Positions 18,834 through 29,837 are shown, numbered from the stretch's first letter. The stretch is 64,000 bases of DNA from an uncultured Methanocellaceae archaeon (GCA_963780665.1 CAWACJ010000005.1:118335-182334), one strand, 5' to 3'. Program-made: numbers and translations. The notes: generated by a model not told the origin, from the letters alone.

Positions 18834-19524
18834 AGCCGAAGTTCGCCTACCTTCACCTGGGCGCATGCTCCGGATGCGAGATCTCCATGCTGGATAACTT
18901 CGAGCGCTTTTTAGATATTCTCGACATGGTCGACGTGGAGTACATGATCCTGCTGAAGGATGTGCAGAAAATACCGAAGGTGGACGTCGTTTTCGTCGAC
19001 GGGGCGGCATGCCTGCAAGCAGAAGAAAGCGTGCAAGAGCTTCTTGAGGCTCGGAAGAACGCGGGCTATCTGGTGGCATGGGGAGGCTGCTCTTCGACTG
19101 CCTGCATCACGAATTTTTCCAGAGGCGGGCAGATGGCTCAGCCACAGCATGAATCATATCCGCCCATCAACCGGCTTGTTAAAGGTGGATGCCACTGTGC
19201 CGGGATGCCCGCCAGGTCCGGAGATGGCGTATAACATGGTGAAAGGCTATCGTGGACGGCGACGTTGATTACCTGAAGTACCTGGCGACGGATCACGTAG
19301 GCGGTTTCGCCTGTGGTTGTGATCTGATGAAGGATATCATTGAGAACGGGCTCTGTATCGGCTGCGGTGCCTGTGCAATGTCTTGCCCGACTCGGGCGAT
19401 CTCCATGCACCTGGGCCGTCCTAATATCATGATGGAGCGGTGCGTGAAGTGCGGCGCTTGCTTTGCACAATGCCCCCGGAGCTTTTTGCCATTGCCGGGA
19501 ATGAATAAAATGATGGAGGAATAG
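18830..19524 (+). pseudogene. frhG: F420-reducing hydrogenase small subunit FrhG, split over three reading frames (two frameshifts). The start overlaps frhA by ATGA. No frhD lies between A and G.
   Basis: Frame 2 has MKPKFAYLHLGACSGCEIS. Frame 0 (18960..19268) has ...KVDATVPGCPPGPEMAYNMVKGY. Frame 1 (19252..19524) has the 2x[4Fe-4S] ferredoxin-like C-terminus CIGCGACAMSCP...CVKCGACFAQCP. The shifts fall near ~19170-19185 and ~19243-19252. Confidence 0.6.
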
Positions 19525-19525
19525 C

Positions 19526-20389
19526 ATGGCGTACCAGGGCTTTGGAAAATACAGGGAGGTATTGACTGCACGGTCATCGGACGAGAGCGTCAGGCGCAGA
19601 TGCTCAGGACGGAGGCACAGTGACGGCATTATTGTGCTATGCGCTGGACAACGGCGTCATTGACGGCGCAGTGATGACGAAAAAGGGCAGCGGATGGATG
19701 CCCGAGCAGCATGTGGCGACCACAAAGAAAGAGATCGTCGAATCGGCTGGCAGTATATACGCACTCTCGCCCAGCCTGTTTCAATTAAAAGAAGCCGTGC
19801 GAGAACGCGCACTCGATCACGTAGCATATGTGGGGCTGCCCTGTCAGATACAGGCTTTGCGAAAGATGCAGCTGTACCCGTTCGGCGCAAGAGGCGTAGG
19901 CGAGCGGATCGCGCTAGTGCTAGGCATCTTTTGCTATGAGAACTTCCCGCCCGAAGGGATGAGAGCCGTAGTCGAAGGGCTGTGCAATACACCGCTGAAA
20001 GACGTGGAAAAGATGCGCATCGCCATGGGCAAGTTCAAGAGTCGAGAATGACAAGATATGCGAGGTGCCATTGAAAAAGGCATCGCAATACATACAAGAA
20101 GGCGATCTTGTTTGCCCGGACCTGGTGTGCGGAGTATGCGGACATATCCGTCGGGTCGGTCGGCTCGGAGGAAGGGTGGAATACCGTGTTCATTCGCACA
20201 TCGAAGGGCATGGAGTTTTTCAATAAGGCACGCAAGGCAGGCGTGATAGAGACGAAGGACATCGAGAACGTGAAGCCGGGCCTTAAGGTGCTGGAAAAGC
20301 TGGCGCTTGATAAAAAGGACAGAGCGAAAAAGAACATCGAAAAAAGGAAGAAGCTGGGCCTGTTCGTGACCCGCGACATATATTATTGA
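19526..20389 (+). pseudogene. frhB: F420-reducing hydrogenase beta subunit FrhB (F420-binding), with about three frameshifts
   Basis: Frame 2 starts MAYQGFGKYREVLTARSSDESVRR. Frame 0 reads ...AQDGGTVTALLCYALDNGVIDGAVMT...PCQIQALRKMQ...MGKFKSRE*. Frame 1 reads ...EVPLKK...CPDLVC. Frame 2 (20108..20389) reads [24 protein letters not shown]...[11 protein letters not shown]. These pieces are collinear with FrhB family proteins. Confidence 0.6.
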
Positions 20390-20392
20390 GGC

Positions 20393-21439
20393 TTATACGC
20401 GCTCATAGACTGTGTTGCGCTCCACGGGCACGCGCCCTATGGCTGTAATGTACTGGCAGATCTGTTCCTTTGACAGGTAATCGCCATGTGTAGCGCCGCC
20501 GGCCATGGAGATCTTGTCTTCCATCATTGTCCCGCCGAAGTCGTTTGCACCACAACACAGGACGACCTGGGCCAGTTTCGTACCCATCTTGACCCAGGAT
20601 GCCTGGATGTTCGGTAATTCCCGGCCGAAGATGATGCGGGCGATCGCGTGTACCTTCAAGTCATCCATACCGCTTGCCCCTATCGACTGGTCGCTCAGGT
20701 TATTGTTCTCGTGTAAGAAGGTCAGAGGTATGAACTCAGTAAATCCATGGGTCTTCCGCTGGATGTCTCGTATGATCAGCATATGGTCTATGCGGTCTTC
20801 CCAGGTCTCGATCGTGCCATGCATGATGCTGGAGGTGGTCTTTATCCCCAGCTTATGCGCGTCCATGATGATGTCTATCCATTCCTGGGTGGATACTTTT
20901 TTCGGGCATATCTTAGCCCTGACCGAGTCCACCAGGATCTCGGCGGAAGCGCCGGTCATCGTATCGAGCCCTGCCTCCTTAAAGGCTGCCAGTGCCTGGG
21001 CGGGCGTCACGCCGGAGACTTTCGCCGCATAAGAGACTTCAAGCGGTGACAGCGCATGGAGGCTGATGTCGTACTTCGCTTTTATAGCCCTGAAGAGATC
21101 GCAATAATAATCGACGGTCATGTATGGCATGACGCCGGAAATAAAGCAGACTTCGGTGGCGTTTATTTTTTTGGCCTCGCCGACGCTCTCCATGATCTGT
21201 TCCGGGGTCATCGCATAGCCGATGTGGTTCCTGAAAGAGCAAAATTTACAGCCGATGACGCAATGGTCGGTAATGTCGACGAGCCTGTTGACGACAAAAG
21301 TTACCTCGTCGCCCACGATTTCTTTTCGCAGCCTGTCGGCTGTGTCGAACAGCTCGAAAGGATTGCCGTCCAGTAAGCGCATCGCATCTTCTTTAGTGAT
21401 CTCGCCCTTAAGAGAGCGTTCATAGATGTCTTCCAGCAT
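20393..21439 (-). CDS. Radical SAM protein, CofH-like (FO synthase subunit 2 family), paralog 2
   Basis: Length is 348 aa. CxxxCxxC motif CVIGCKFCSF, a C-terminal GANDFGGTMMED block, and ~50% identity to the adjacent CofH-like gene. Confidence 0.7.
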   Translation of the reverse strand: MLEDIYERSLKGEITKEDAMRLLDGNPFELFDTADRLRKEIVGDEVTFVVNRLVDITDHCVIGCKFCSFRNHIGYAMTPEQIMESVGEAKKINATEVCFISGVMPYMTVDYYCDLFRAIKAKYDISLHALSPLEVSYAAKVSGVTPAQALAAFKEAGLDTMTGASAEILVDSVRAKICPKKVSTQEWIDIIMDAHKLGIKTTSSIMHGTIETWEDRIDHMLIIRDIQRKTHGFTEFIPLTFLHENNNLSDQSIGASGMDDLKVHAIARIIFGRELPNIQASWVKMGTKLAQVVLCCGANDFGGTMMEDKISMAGGATHGDYLSKEQICQYITAIGRVPVERNTVYERV

Positions 21440-21546
21440 AGTTACCCCTGTAAGATGCCTAAATAGTAGGGCTCATAGATAATAAAACGCGCGTTTCAAA
21501 CACCGAATAAATGGAAAAAAGGACTTGCCTGTATTTGCTCACGCGA

Positions 21547-22626
21547 TCATATGAACTTGTACAGGGTAGTGCGCTGCCTGGGGTTGCGCCCGGCCTGCTT
21601 GATAATATCCCGCATCTCGCCAGGCGTCATGCACTCGCCAGACGTAGAGCCCGCGGTCCTCGAGATGCTCTCTTCCATGAGGGTGCCGCCGATATCATTT
21701 GCGCCACAGCTGAGCGCCACCTGCGCCAGCTTGGGGCTGAGCTTCACCCATGATGCCTGTACATTGACCAGGTCCCGGCCGAAGATGAGCCTTGCCAGGG
21801 CGTACATTCGGAGATCATCCAGCCCGCCGGCGCCCGCCTGCTTACCCGCCTTTATGAGCGACTCGCCGAGCGGGTTGTTCTTGCCCATGAAGGTGAGCGG
21901 CACGAACTCAGTGATGCCGTGTGTCTCGCGCTGTATGTCCCGGATGATGAAAAGATGGTCGATGCGATGCGCCCAGGTCTCGATGTGGCCGTACATCATG
22001 GTGGAGGTGGTCGGAATGCCAGTCCTGTGTGCGGTGGACACGACTTCTATCCATTCCTTAGTGTTTAGCTTATCGGGGCATATCTCGGACCTGATCCCGT
22101 CGTCCAGTATCTCGGCGGCGGTGCCCGGCATGGAGCATAGTCCCGCTTCCTTGAGAGCTTTGAGCGAATGCGCAACGGTGACGCCGGAGATCTTACTCAT
22201 GTGGTAGACCTCCATTGGCGAAAAAGCGTGTATGTCGATCTCGTACTTACCTTTGATCGCCTTGAGCATGGAGACATAGTAATCTAAGTACAAATCCGGC
22301 TGTAAGCCGCCCTGGATGCACACCTCAGTGGCACCGAAGCGCTTCGCCCCGTCCACCCGTGCAAGCATCTCATCGGTAGTAAGATGATAGCCGACATTAT
22401 TCCTGAAAGCGCAAAATGTGCATGTTCCCGTGCACTTATCGGTAAAATTGATGTTCCTGTTCACGACATAGGAGACATCGTCGCCGACCAGTTCCCTGCG
22501 TACTGCGTCAGCCGTATCGAACAGCTCGAACGGATTTGCTTTCAGTAGTTCTGCGGCGTCCTTTTTAGTGATCCTGCCCTCGAGAGAGCGTTCATAGATG
22601 TCGTTCAGCACCATATCCATCTTCAC
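21547..22626 (-). CDS. cofH: Radical SAM protein, CofH-like (7,8-didemethyl-8-hydroxy-5-deazariboflavin synthase subunit 2 family), paralog 1
   Basis: Length is 359 aa with [10 protein letters not shown] and [12 protein letters not shown]. It lies immediately downstream of cofG on the same strand, with a small overlap. Confidence 0.7.
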   Translation of the reverse strand: MKMDMVLNDIYERSLEGRITKKDAAELLKANPFELFDTADAVRRELVGDDVSYVVNRNINFTDKCTGTCTFCAFRNNVGYHLTTDEMLARVDGAKRFGATEVCIQGGLQPDLYLDYYVSMLKAIKGKYEIDIHAFSPMEVYHMSKISGVTVAHSLKALKEAGLCSMPGTAAEILDDGIRSEICPDKLNTKEWIEVVSTAHRTGIPTTSTMMYGHIETWAHRIDHLFIIRDIQRETHGITEFVPLTFMGKNNPLGESLIKAGKQAGAGGLDDLRMYALARLIFGRDLVNVQASWVKLSPKLAQVALSCGANDIGGTLMEESISRTAGSTSGECMTPGEMRDIIKQAGRNPRQRTTLYKFI

Positions 22627-23603
22627 CAGCCAGCTTATTGATCAGGCTCTTTACTTTTTCCCCGTACCATCCGCGTTTTACGTATTTTGGATATACCGGC
22701 AGCCTTTCCCTGAGGTCCAGTCCCATGCCGCGTAGCTCGTCAAGCGTGGGCCACCTGCATTCGGGATTTATGTAGTCTTCCGTAAGAGGCGAGATACCGC
22801 CGATGTCTTCGGCCCCGGCCGCCAGGAAATCTTTGAGATGCGTCGTCAGGTTCGGGGGCGCCTGCAGAGAGATATCCTCGGGCAATATTTCACGCGCCAT
22901 CTTTAATACAGTTATCATGTCCTCGACAGTAGGTGGCTCAATGGAGCCCATCCGTGTGTAAGGCTTCGGGACAAAGTTCTGGACGATGACCTCCTGGATG
23001 TGATCGTACTTTTTGTGAATATCCCGTATTGCTTCAAGCGACTTTTTTCTGTCCTCCCAGGTCTCGCCGATGCCCACGAGGATGCCGGTGGTAAAAGGTA
23101 TGTGCAGCCTACCTGCGTCCTCGATGAATTTTATCCTCAGGGACGGCTTTTTTCAAGGGGCTTAACGCGTGAGCGGGAAGCTCGGCCGTGGACTCTAACA
23201 TCAGCCCCATGCTGGCATTGACCGGCGCAAGCTTTTTCAGGTCATCCGTCGAAAGCACGCCTCCGTTGGTATGCGGGAGCACCCCGAGGCTAATGGAATC
23301 CAGGCAAAGGTCGTAAACGTAATCGGTGAGTGATGAGTAGCCAAAGCGGCCCAGGTCTTTCAAGAAATGAGCATCGCCCGGCGAGTCACCATAGGTGAAC
23401 AGCGCCTCGGTACAGCCAAGCTCGGCTGCTCTTGAGAGCATCGCATGTACCGTATCCGGCGACATAATGTAAGCTTCGGGGGAGCCCACATCGCGGCGGA
23501 ACCCGCAGTAGCCGCAATTGTTCCGGCACATGTTAGTCACCGGTATGAACACGTTCCTGGAATATGTGATGAAGCCCGCCATACTTGCAATAGTACAGGG
23601 CAC
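22592..23603 (-). pseudogene. cofG: FO synthase subunit 1 (CofG, radical SAM), split by a frameshift in an A6 homopolymer (~23148-23153). This may be an authentic pseudogene or a homopolymer sequencing error.
   Basis: The N-terminal half (23109..23603) has CRNNCGYCGF and ends ...ALSPLKKAVPEDKIHRGRR*. The alternative frame continues ...PSLRIKFIEDAGRLHIPFTTGILVGIGETWEDR into ORF 22592..23077. Confidence 0.6.
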
Positions 23604-23766
23604 ATATGCTATTTATTTGTATTCATCGATGATTGAATGGACGATTTAAAGCCCTTTGTTCATAATACCCATAAATCGGCAGCCAGCGCTGATGAGCGTG
23701 CCCGCCGGTAAATAAAATAAAATTTGTTTGAAGAAACAAAATTAGAAATAAAAAAAATATGTGTGA

Positions 23767-24705
23767 CTATGCCCGTTTGTTGAGCTTAGCCAGCCTGTCC
23801 ACGAGGATGTCGAACTTGGTAAGGTCTATGTACCTCGATACGCCCATTGCGTATATCATGTACGAGATCGCGGACAGCGTAATGAACAGCGTCCCATAGC
23901 TGGACAGCGCCATTGCCGTGATGATGGAGAAATAGATGTGGGAGAAGCACATGATGCAGGCGCCGATCGCCAGCACGACCTGGGCTTCGAACACACTGCG
24001 GCCAAATGAAATAAGGATCAGGTTGCCAACCATTGCCAGGCATATGATATCCAGCACCGGATACGCGATACTGATCAGTGCCGCCATGCCGATACCATCC
24101 CTGAACAGGTTCGTGAAGGATGCGTAAGCTACGATGATCCCCGCGGTGGCCACGATCGCCAGGAAGACGATCAGCACATTCATCTCTACTTTTACACCCA
24201 GCTTCACGTTAAGCGACTTTGTCATATAATAAATGGCAAAGATGAGCGCCAGCGAGCCTATTACATAAAAAACATCGGCAATCGACGGATATGGTATGGG
24301 CTCTTGCATAGCCATGTTATACCATGTCCAGAAACAGCCGGCTATAAAATATGAGAACGAGCTTACAGTGAATGCCAGTATTCCCGCCCTGATGCGCAGG
24401 TTCTTGGACTTGATATAGCCTACCAGCGATGTGACGAAGAACATGAACGTGCCAAGAATGAGTAGCGAGTCACAAACCACGGTGACCAGGATATCACCGC
24501 TTGGAAGGAAACCCGTATAATTGATAAGCACGTACATCGCCGATACGAAGATGATGATTAAAACTGCGAAATAGTATCCTAGCGGTGAGCCTTTTTCTAC
24601 TTCTGATAACAAGCCGAGCCTGCTATTGCTTACGCCTTCAGCCATTTTTTCGGTCATAATTTGCCCCCATTTTACCCCACTCGATACAAGCGTATAAGCG
24701 GCCAT
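23767..24705 (-). CDS. Polytopic membrane protein of unknown function (paralog of 34214..35164)
   Basis: Length is 312 aa, multi-TM. It shares ...PYPS..D.FYV..., GYPVLD.I.L.MVG.L and GRSVFEAQ blocks with the protein at 34214..35164. Confidence 0.5.
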   Translation of the reverse strand: MAAYTLVSSGVKWGQIMTEKMAEGVSNSRLGLLSEVEKGSPLGYYFAVLIIIFVSAMYVLINYTGFLPSGDILVTVVCDSLLILGTFMFFVTSLVGYIKSKNLRIRAGILAFTVSSFSYFIAGCFWTWYNMAMQEPIPYPSIADVFYVIGSLALIFAIYYMTKSLNVKLGVKVEMNVLIVFLAIVATAGIIVAYASFTNLFRDGIGMAALISIAYPVLDIICLAMVGNLILISFGRSVFEAQVVLAIGACIMCFSHIYFSIITAMALSSYGTLFITLSAISYMIYAMGVSRYIDLTKFDILVDRLAKLNKRA

Positions 24706-24939
24706 TATTTAAAGATTTACCTACTGATGCAAAACGGCTTGATGTAGTGAAAAGCAACCGTTTGTGGTTTTAGTGTCCAATCAAGGCTTGTGTTATTCTC
24801 AGTATGCGGAGTCACCCGGCCGTCGGAGGCATATACGAAAACATCTTTGAGAATATCCGTGAAGTCAGTGTCTCCGTGTTGAAACAGTGAGCTTCGAGCA
24901 TTTTGCGAGCTTAGATATGCATAAAGAAAAAAGCGATTT

Positions 24940-25608
24940 TTATTCGGTGGCGGCGGACTGTCCGTGCATCCGTAAAGCCGCGATACTAGGGCTTTCCGGG
25001 TCGCGGACAACGCGGACGCGTCCCTTGCTTACGTCCAGGGCGGTGAAGGAGCGCAGGTACTTTGCGGCCTCGCCTTTGCCGTGGATATATAGTTCTGTAA
25101 GATCCGAAACTTCGTCGATGTCGCTCGACATGTTAAATGAATCAAAGAACGCGGCTTTTAGCCCCGCATCCTCGGCGATTCGCATGTGATCGAGGTAGCT
25201 GGCACCGTAGTAGTCCACATGGTACCGCTGTGGCAACTTAATGAATTGTACGTTTGTGCCGCCGCCCCTGCCGGGCGATATGACAATATCCGAGGGGTTG
25301 TCCAGCATGTCCCGAACGTTCCTGGCCGTCATCAGCGGAACGTCCGCCATCACGATCATGACCGGCTCATGCTCCGTCTTTAAAAAGTCATTCAGGGCGT
25401 CGTTCAGGTCTTTTTCACTGACCTGCACCTTCGCGTCATACTCGAATGGCCGTGTCGTCAATAAAACTACCTCAAGGCCCGCGTCGCGTAACGTAGCTGT
25501 AATGTCCTGCAGCATGAGCAGCGCGAGCTTAGAGCGCTCGTCAACGGTCAATAATGAGGAAAGCCTGGACTTGGCATTAGCCACTTTAAAGGGGACAACC
25601 GCCTTCAT
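24940..25608 (-). CDS. cofC: 2-phospho-L-lactate guanylyltransferase (F420 biosynthesis)
   Basis: Length is 222 aa. N-terminus MKAVVPFK...SRL and the middle ...GRGGGTN... are typical of CofC / MobA-like nucleotidyltransferases. Confidence 0.7.
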   Translation of the reverse strand: MKAVVPFKVANAKSRLSSLLTVDERSKLALLMLQDITATLRDAGLEVVLLTTRPFEYDAKVQVSEKDLNDALNDFLKTEHEPVMIVMADVPLMTARNVRDMLDNPSDIVISPGRGGGTNVQFIKLPQRYHVDYYGASYLDHMRIAEDAGLKAAFFDSFNMSSDIDEVSDLTELYIHGKGEAAKYLRSFTALDVSKGRVRVVRDPESPSIAALRMHGQSAATE

Positions 25609-25827
25609 CAGAACATATCAAAAGCTTTGCATTATTAAATACTTTAGTAATCCCGAATGCCCCTAAACCGCCATTAGATTGATCGCAGATCGGGCCGATT
25701 GTTCGCCATATCAAAAAATATTATTATATAATATATGATGAATACAAAAACAAGCAAGCCATAATGTCATATTTTCAGTCTCGCGCACATTAGAAAAGGT
25801 ATAAATGATATATGTGTGTTGTAGTTC

Positions 25828-26928
25828 TTGGTGAGGCCCTTGGTCATTTCAAAAGAAGAGATCAATCAAGTCATAAAAAAATACGACCCTAAAAATATCA
25901 CGATGTGTACGATAGCCAGCCACTCTTCGCTACATGTCTTTAGAGGCGCGCTAGACGAAGGTTTCCGCAGGTGCGCCGTTTGCGCGAAGGGAAGAGAGGT
26001 CCCATACCAGCGATTCCACTCGGCGGACGAATATATTGTCGTGGATAAGTTCGCGGATGTGTGCGACGAAAAGATCCAGGAAAAGCTGCGAAAGATGAAC
26101 GCGATCATCGTCCCTCACGGCTCGTTCGTAGCATATGTGGGGCTTGAAAAGATCGAGGACGATTTCCTCGTACCCATGATCGGCAACCGTAACATCCTGA
26201 GATGGGAAGCCGAGCGCGACCGGGTCACGAAGCTGTTCGAGGCGGCTGACATCAGGAAGCCGCTAACGATCAAAGGCCCCGATAAGATCGACCGGCCGTG
26301 CATGGTCAAGTTCCCCGGCGCCAGAGGCGGCAGAGGCTACTTCGTGACCGACACGCCGGCAGGGTTTGACGAAAAGATGAAGCTCATGATCAAAAAGGGA
26401 TGGCTCGAGGAATCGGACAGGGCCAAGGCCCATATCGAGGAGTACGTCGCAGGAGACATCTACTGCATGCACTACTTCTACTCGCCACTGACCAACGAAG
26501 TCGAGCTGCTGGGCATGGACCGGCGCCACGAGGCGAACATCGACGGCCTGGTCAGGATCCCGGCCAAGGACCAGATAGAGGCGAACATACAGCCCACGTA
26601 CGTCGTGACCGGTAATTTCCCGATCGTGGCCCGCGAGTCATTACTGCCGCAGGCATTCGCAATGGGCGACAGGCTCTCCGACGTCGCCAAGAAGATGGTC
26701 CCTCCCGGGCTGCTAGGCGCGTTCTGCATCCAGACCATGTGTACCGATAACCTGGAGTTCGTGGCCTTCGAGATCTCTGCGAGACAGGACGGCGGCACCA
26801 ACACATTCATGAACGGCTCGCCGTACTCGTACCTTAGATACGGAGAAGGCATGAGCATGGGCAGGCGGTACTGCCTGGAAGTAAAGAACGCCATTAAAGC
26901 GAACAGGCTGGAAGACGTAGTTACATAG
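25828..26928 (+). CDS. purP: 5-formaminoimidazole-4-carboxamide ribonucleotide (FAICAR) synthetase, ATP-grasp (archaeal PurP)
   Basis: Length is 366 aa. The N-terminus ...[23 protein letters not shown]... and overall ATP-grasp organisation match archaeal PurP. Confidence 0.7.
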   Translation: MVRPLVISKEEINQVIKKYDPKNITMCTIASHSSLHVFRGALDEGFRRCAVCAKGREVPYQRFHSADEYIVVDKFADVCDEKIQEKLRKMNAIIVPHGSFVAYVGLEKIEDDFLVPMIGNRNILRWEAERDRVTKLFEAADIRKPLTIKGPDKIDRPCMVKFPGARGGRGYFVTDTPAGFDEKMKLMIKKGWLEESDRAKAHIEEYVAGDIYCMHYFYSPLTNEVELLGMDRRHEANIDGLVRIPAKDQIEANIQPTYVVTGNFPIVARESLLPQAFAMGDRLSDVAKKMVPPGLLGAFCIQTMCTDNLEFVAFEISARQDGGTNTFMNGSPYSYLRYGEGMSMGRRYCLEVKNAIKANRLEDVVT

Positions 26929-26945
26929 ACGGAGCGGCTCTCCGT

Positions 26946-27452
26946 CTACTTTTTATTGTCTGTGTTTTTTTCAGGGTCCGGTTTCAGGGCTCTGCAAATG
27001 CAATATACGCACAGAGAATCTTTTTCTTTTATGTAAACATTTTTAGCCGGGCAATAGTATGCGTTATTTTCCTTCACGATCTTTCTGTTGTCGAAAAATG
27101 CGATATCAGAGGAGTGCAGAGGCCTTTTGGCTACGAAGACTAAATATGTCGATATGATCCGTACGTATTTCTTCAGCTGGTCCTGGCCCGGAGCTTGCGT
27201 GTCCATGTATTGCTCAATTTTTAATGTAAAATCTTCCAGATCATGCCGGTCGATCCTATGACCGGATTCAACGTGATCCAGGCTAAGTATCTCCATGAAA
27301 ATGTCGTGATCATATTTTGACATGGCCTGAGATACGTCGCTGACATCAACGATGTGCTTCCGGGCCTTAGAGATCAGTTCCTCGGGAATGCTTTCTGCTT
27401 CGCGTTTCAATTCGCGAAAAAGCGCCTCTGCATCGATGAATTTACCATTCAT
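26946..27452 (-). CDS. Hypothetical protein with Cys-rich C-terminus
   Basis: Length is 168 aa. It ends CPAKNVYIKEKDSLCVYCIC. No family was recognised. Confidence 0.35.
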   Translation of the reverse strand: MNGKFIDAEALFRELKREAESIPEELISKARKHIVDVSDVSQAMSKYDHDIFMEILSLDHVESGHRIDRHDLEDFTLKIEQYMDTQAPGQDQLKKYVRIISTYLVFVAKRPLHSSDIAFFDNRKIVKENNAYYCPAKNVYIKEKDSLCVYCICRALKPDPEKNTDNKK

Positions 27453-27480
27453 ATATAATACCTGAAGATCGCCAGTATCA

Positions 27481-28017
27481 TTACTGGTACTTCTCGTAGC
27501 TGACGATCTCTTTCGTTGACTTTCTCGGCCTTGCCGGCGGGCTCTCGGCAGGGTAGCCCAGCGGCGTCATCGCGACGACACGTACCTCTTCAGGGACGCC
27601 AAGGGCTTTCTTGACTGCGCCCTCGTCAAAAGCGCCCAGCCAGCAAGTGCCCAGGCCTAATTCCTGCGCCTCCAGTATCATGTATGAAAAGGCGATGGAC
27701 AGGTCCACAGTGTATGAGTACTGGCCACAGGGCATGATGGCCGATGCATCCACGGCGCATCCAACGAGCACCACAGGGGCCTCTGCCACGGAGCTTTGCC
27801 CGCGGGCAGCCGCTACGAGCTGCGCCTTTATCGCCTTATCCTTGACCACTATGAACTTCCATTCCTGCCGGTTCGCGGCAGAAGGTGAAAGCCTCCCGGC
27901 TTCAAGTATCTTTTCGATCTTGTGCTCTTCGACTTCTTTTGCCAGATATTTTCTGACACTTCGCCTGTTGCTGATCGCCGTAAAAACGTCCATGTGGATC
28001 ACACCATGTATCGACAT
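27481..28017 (-). CDS. Nitroreductase-family (FMN) protein
   Basis: Motif ...[10 protein letters not shown]...[22 protein letters not shown]... Length is 178 aa. Confidence 0.7.
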   Translation of the reverse strand: MSIHGVIHMDVFTAISNRRSVRKYLAKEVEEHKIEKILEAGRLSPSAANRQEWKFIVVKDKAIKAQLVAAARGQSSVAEAPVVLVGCAVDASAIMPCGQYSYTVDLSIAFSYMILEAQELGLGTCWLGAFDEGAVKKALGVPEEVRVVAMTPLGYPAESPPARPRKSTKEIVSYEKYQ

Positions 28018-28159
28018 CGCTCGATTTTTACCGAACGTGACAAGTTATAGATATGAAGACGATGCATAAATATTGCTGTTAAATATATCGCCCTGGACCT
28101 GGCAATATTCAATTGTAAACGATTTGTCAGACAGCACATGTGTTTATAGAACATGTAAG

Positions 28160-28217
28160 GGAACTTTTATATATGTGCAATTGGCAATATATCTCACGGC
28201 CGGAAGTATACTTCCGG
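28160..28217 (+). promoter_or_regulatory. glnA promoter with an NrpR-type nitrogen operator
   Basis: An AT-rich TATA-like box ttttatatatg lies at ~28166-28176. The perfect palindrome ccGGAAgtatacTTCCgg (28200-28217) matches the GGAA-N6-TTCC operator form. It sits ~25 bp downstream of the TATA box and ~32 bp upstream of the glnA ATG. Confidence 0.55.
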
Positions 28218-28249
28218 TTATAAAATGGTCGAGTTGGTGAATTGTTCTT

Positions 28250-29692
28250 ATGGCATCGGATAAGATAAAAGAAATAAAAAATCTCGTAAAGAGTAAAAAA
28301 ATTAAATATGTCGATTATAAGTTCATCGATGTGCCGGGCATCTGGCAGCATAAAACTCACCCGATCTCAGAGCTTGAAGACGATACATTTGTAAACGGAT
28401 CGGGCTTTGACGGATCGAGCATCAGAGGCTTCCAGGGAATTGAAGAGAGCGACATGCTCCTAGTACCCGACCCGGAAACTGTATTTATTGACCCATTTAT
28501 TACAGAGCCAACGATTTCGCTCATATGCGATGTAAAGGATCCCCGTGGCATGAAGAACTATGCTAAGGATCCCAGGAACATCGCTAAGACCGCTGAGAAA
28601 TACTTAGCATCGACCGGAATAGCGGATACGGCATACTTCGGCCCGGAACTCGAGTTCTTCATCTTTGATGACGTCCAGTATGACGTGCTGACGCCTTACA
28701 AGGGCACCGGCTATTCTATTAACTCAAACGAAGGTATCTGGAACTCCAACTGCAGCTCACAGCCAAACCTGGGACACCGCGTAAGGTTCAAGGAAGGCTA
28801 CTTCCCCGTACCGCCCACCGACTCGCAGGTCAACATCAGGAACGAGATGGTCGGCACCATGAACGATGTGGGCATATATGTCGAGCTACACCACCATGAA
28901 GTCGCGACCGCCGGTCAGGCTGAGATCGACATGCGCTTCGACTCGTTAGTGAACATGGCGGACAAAGTCATGAAGTACAAGTACGTGGTCAAGAACATAG
29001 CCGCAAAGAACGGCAAGACCGCGACCTTCATGCCTAAGCCTTTATTCGGCGACAACGGAAGCGGCATGCACGTCCACCAGAGCTTGTGGAAGAGTGGCAA
29101 GCCCCTGTTCTTTGACAAGAACGGCTATGGCCTGCTCTCAAAGACCGCCCTGTACTACATCGGCGGCCTGCTGAGCCATGCTGATGCATTAATGGCATTC
29201 TGCGCGCCAAGCACCAACTCCTACAAGAGACTGGTACCGGGCTACGAAGCACCTGTTAACCTGGTGTTCTCGCAGAGGAACAGGAGCGCCGCAGTGCGCA
29301 TACCCATGTACAATGATAACCCGAAAGCCAAGCGTATCGAGTTCAGGCCACCCGACGGCACCGCGAACCCGTACCTGGCATTCGCAGCCATGCTCATGGC
29401 AGGTATCGACGGTATCAAGAACAAGATCGACCCGGTCGCAGAAGGCTTCGGCCCGATGGACAAGAACATCTACCACCTGTCTGACGCAGACAAGGCGAAG
29501 ATCAAGTCCGTACCGGGCTCGCTTGGCGAGTCGCTCGCCGCGCTGGAGAAGGACCACAAGTTCCTCACCAAGGGCGACGTGTTCTCCGACAGCTTCATCC
29601 ACGAGTGGATCGACTACAAGCAGACGATGGAGATCGACCCGGTCAGGATCAGGACCCATCCGTACGAGCTGTACCTGTACTACGACGCATAA
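28250..29692 (+). CDS. glnA: Glutamine synthetase type I
   Basis: Length is 480 aa, with the GS beta-grasp and catalytic domain motifs ...[12 protein letters not shown]... and ...[10 protein letters not shown]... Confidence 0.9.
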   Translation: MASDKIKEIKNLVKSKKIKYVDYKFIDVPGIWQHKTHPISELEDDTFVNGSGFDGSSIRGFQGIEESDMLLVPDPETVFIDPFITEPTISLICDVKDPRGMKNYAKDPRNIAKTAEKYLASTGIADTAYFGPELEFFIFDDVQYDVLTPYKGTGYSINSNEGIWNSNCSSQPNLGHRVRFKEGYFPVPPTDSQVNIRNEMVGTMNDVGIYVELHHHEVATAGQAEIDMRFDSLVNMADKVMKYKYVVKNIAAKNGKTATFMPKPLFGDNGSGMHVHQSLWKSGKPLFFDKNGYGLLSKTALYYIGGLLSHADALMAFCAPSTNSYKRLVPGYEAPVNLVFSQRNRSAAVRIPMYNDNPKAKRIEFRPPDGTANPYLAFAAMLMAGIDGIKNKIDPVAEGFGPMDKNIYHLSDADKAKIKSVPGSLGESLAALEKDHKFLTKGDVFSDSFIHEWIDYKQTMEIDPVRIRTHPYELYLYYDA

Positions 29693-29837
29693 ACCGGTGG
29701 CATATTGCCACCCGTTTTTCTTTTTTAAATTCTAATAAAAGTATTAGGCATTTTATTGATTCGCTAGAGCAATAGCCATAGGGAATTTTATTTCTGGCGA
29801 CCTGCGTCCGATCTCTGAGCTTTTACTGAAAAAGTCG

